A program made the position numbers and the translations under genes. DNA of 63,245 nucleotides, counting the filler, from Asterionella formosa (lineage: Eukaryota): NCBI GenBank assembly GCA_002256025.1. It is 19 parts of 19 records of this genome, joined end to end, with 100 filler letters (N's around TTAATTAATTAA, not from the genome) between each part and the next. Parts side by side here need not be neighbours in the genome. Positions count along the whole stretch, not along the records: positions 60,029 to 63,245 come from NKIB01014343.1; 18 more parts are not named here. One strand, given 5' to 3'. The notes below the pieces were generated by a model. That model was not told the DNA's origin and ran no database searches. It saw nothing but the letters and a program-made list of their open reading frames with translations. Positions 62,855-63,245 of this stretch are shown piece after piece (position 1 is the stretch's first letter; the number at the start of each line of letters is the position of its first letter).

Positions 62855-63245
62855 CCATAGTGATTCCATACAGATTGGACTCATGGCAACTATTCTCACA
62901 CTACCCTTCCTGCACATCTCCATCATGCAACATTTGGCAGCATTCCTTCCTATATTTTGGTCTAGTTACCATTACTGCTCACTGCTAATTTACCATAAAA
63001 CCTAGTGTCCTGTACCCGCTTCCCCCTTAATAGTGTTTCTGTTGCAACATTCCCAACTATTGTAAGTGTTCAAAAAAATAACAGCACATAAATTCCATAC
63101 TAATGTTACTTTGTGCATTTCAGATGCACTGGAAGAAGTAACATTGCACCTCTATTGTGACTAAATAGTATAGTAGAGCAGTGATATTGTTGTGGTGGCA
63201 TATATTTCACCTGTCAGAATGTGTCTATTGTTTTAGACTGTTGAT

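Overview
This window is not one locus. It is 19 unrelated eukaryotic contigs of about 3.2 kb, ordered by decreasing length and joined by 100-nt linkers (N-run + TTAATTAATTAA + N-run), so adjacency across linkers means nothing. Short GT-AG introns, Copia/Gypsy elements of the diatom type and the gene set point to a diatom-like stramenopile (inference). Host genes: a USP deubiquitinase, a neuroguidin/Lcp5-like protein, a probable UPF3, a GT90/CAP10 glycosyltransferase, a secreted heme peroxidase, LRR fragments, a LamG/HExxH surface protein, a coiled-coil protein, and a membrane HExxH domain fused to a class-II glutamine amidotransferase. Most other sequence is decayed transposons: Mutator/MULE, Copia, Gypsy, Plavaka, pogo, Crypton, Harbinger-like and several TIR-bounded non-autonomous elements. 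The three strongest leads are: (1) a MULE transposase whose DDE core is split between two convergent genes on opposite strands; (2) an M50-like membrane domain directly upstream of an internal Ntn-type Cys-Gly amidotransferase start; (3) a TTAA-flanked non-autonomous element family with an internal hairpin whose arms co-vary between two diverged copies. Family assignments come from motif recognition by eye; no database searches were run.
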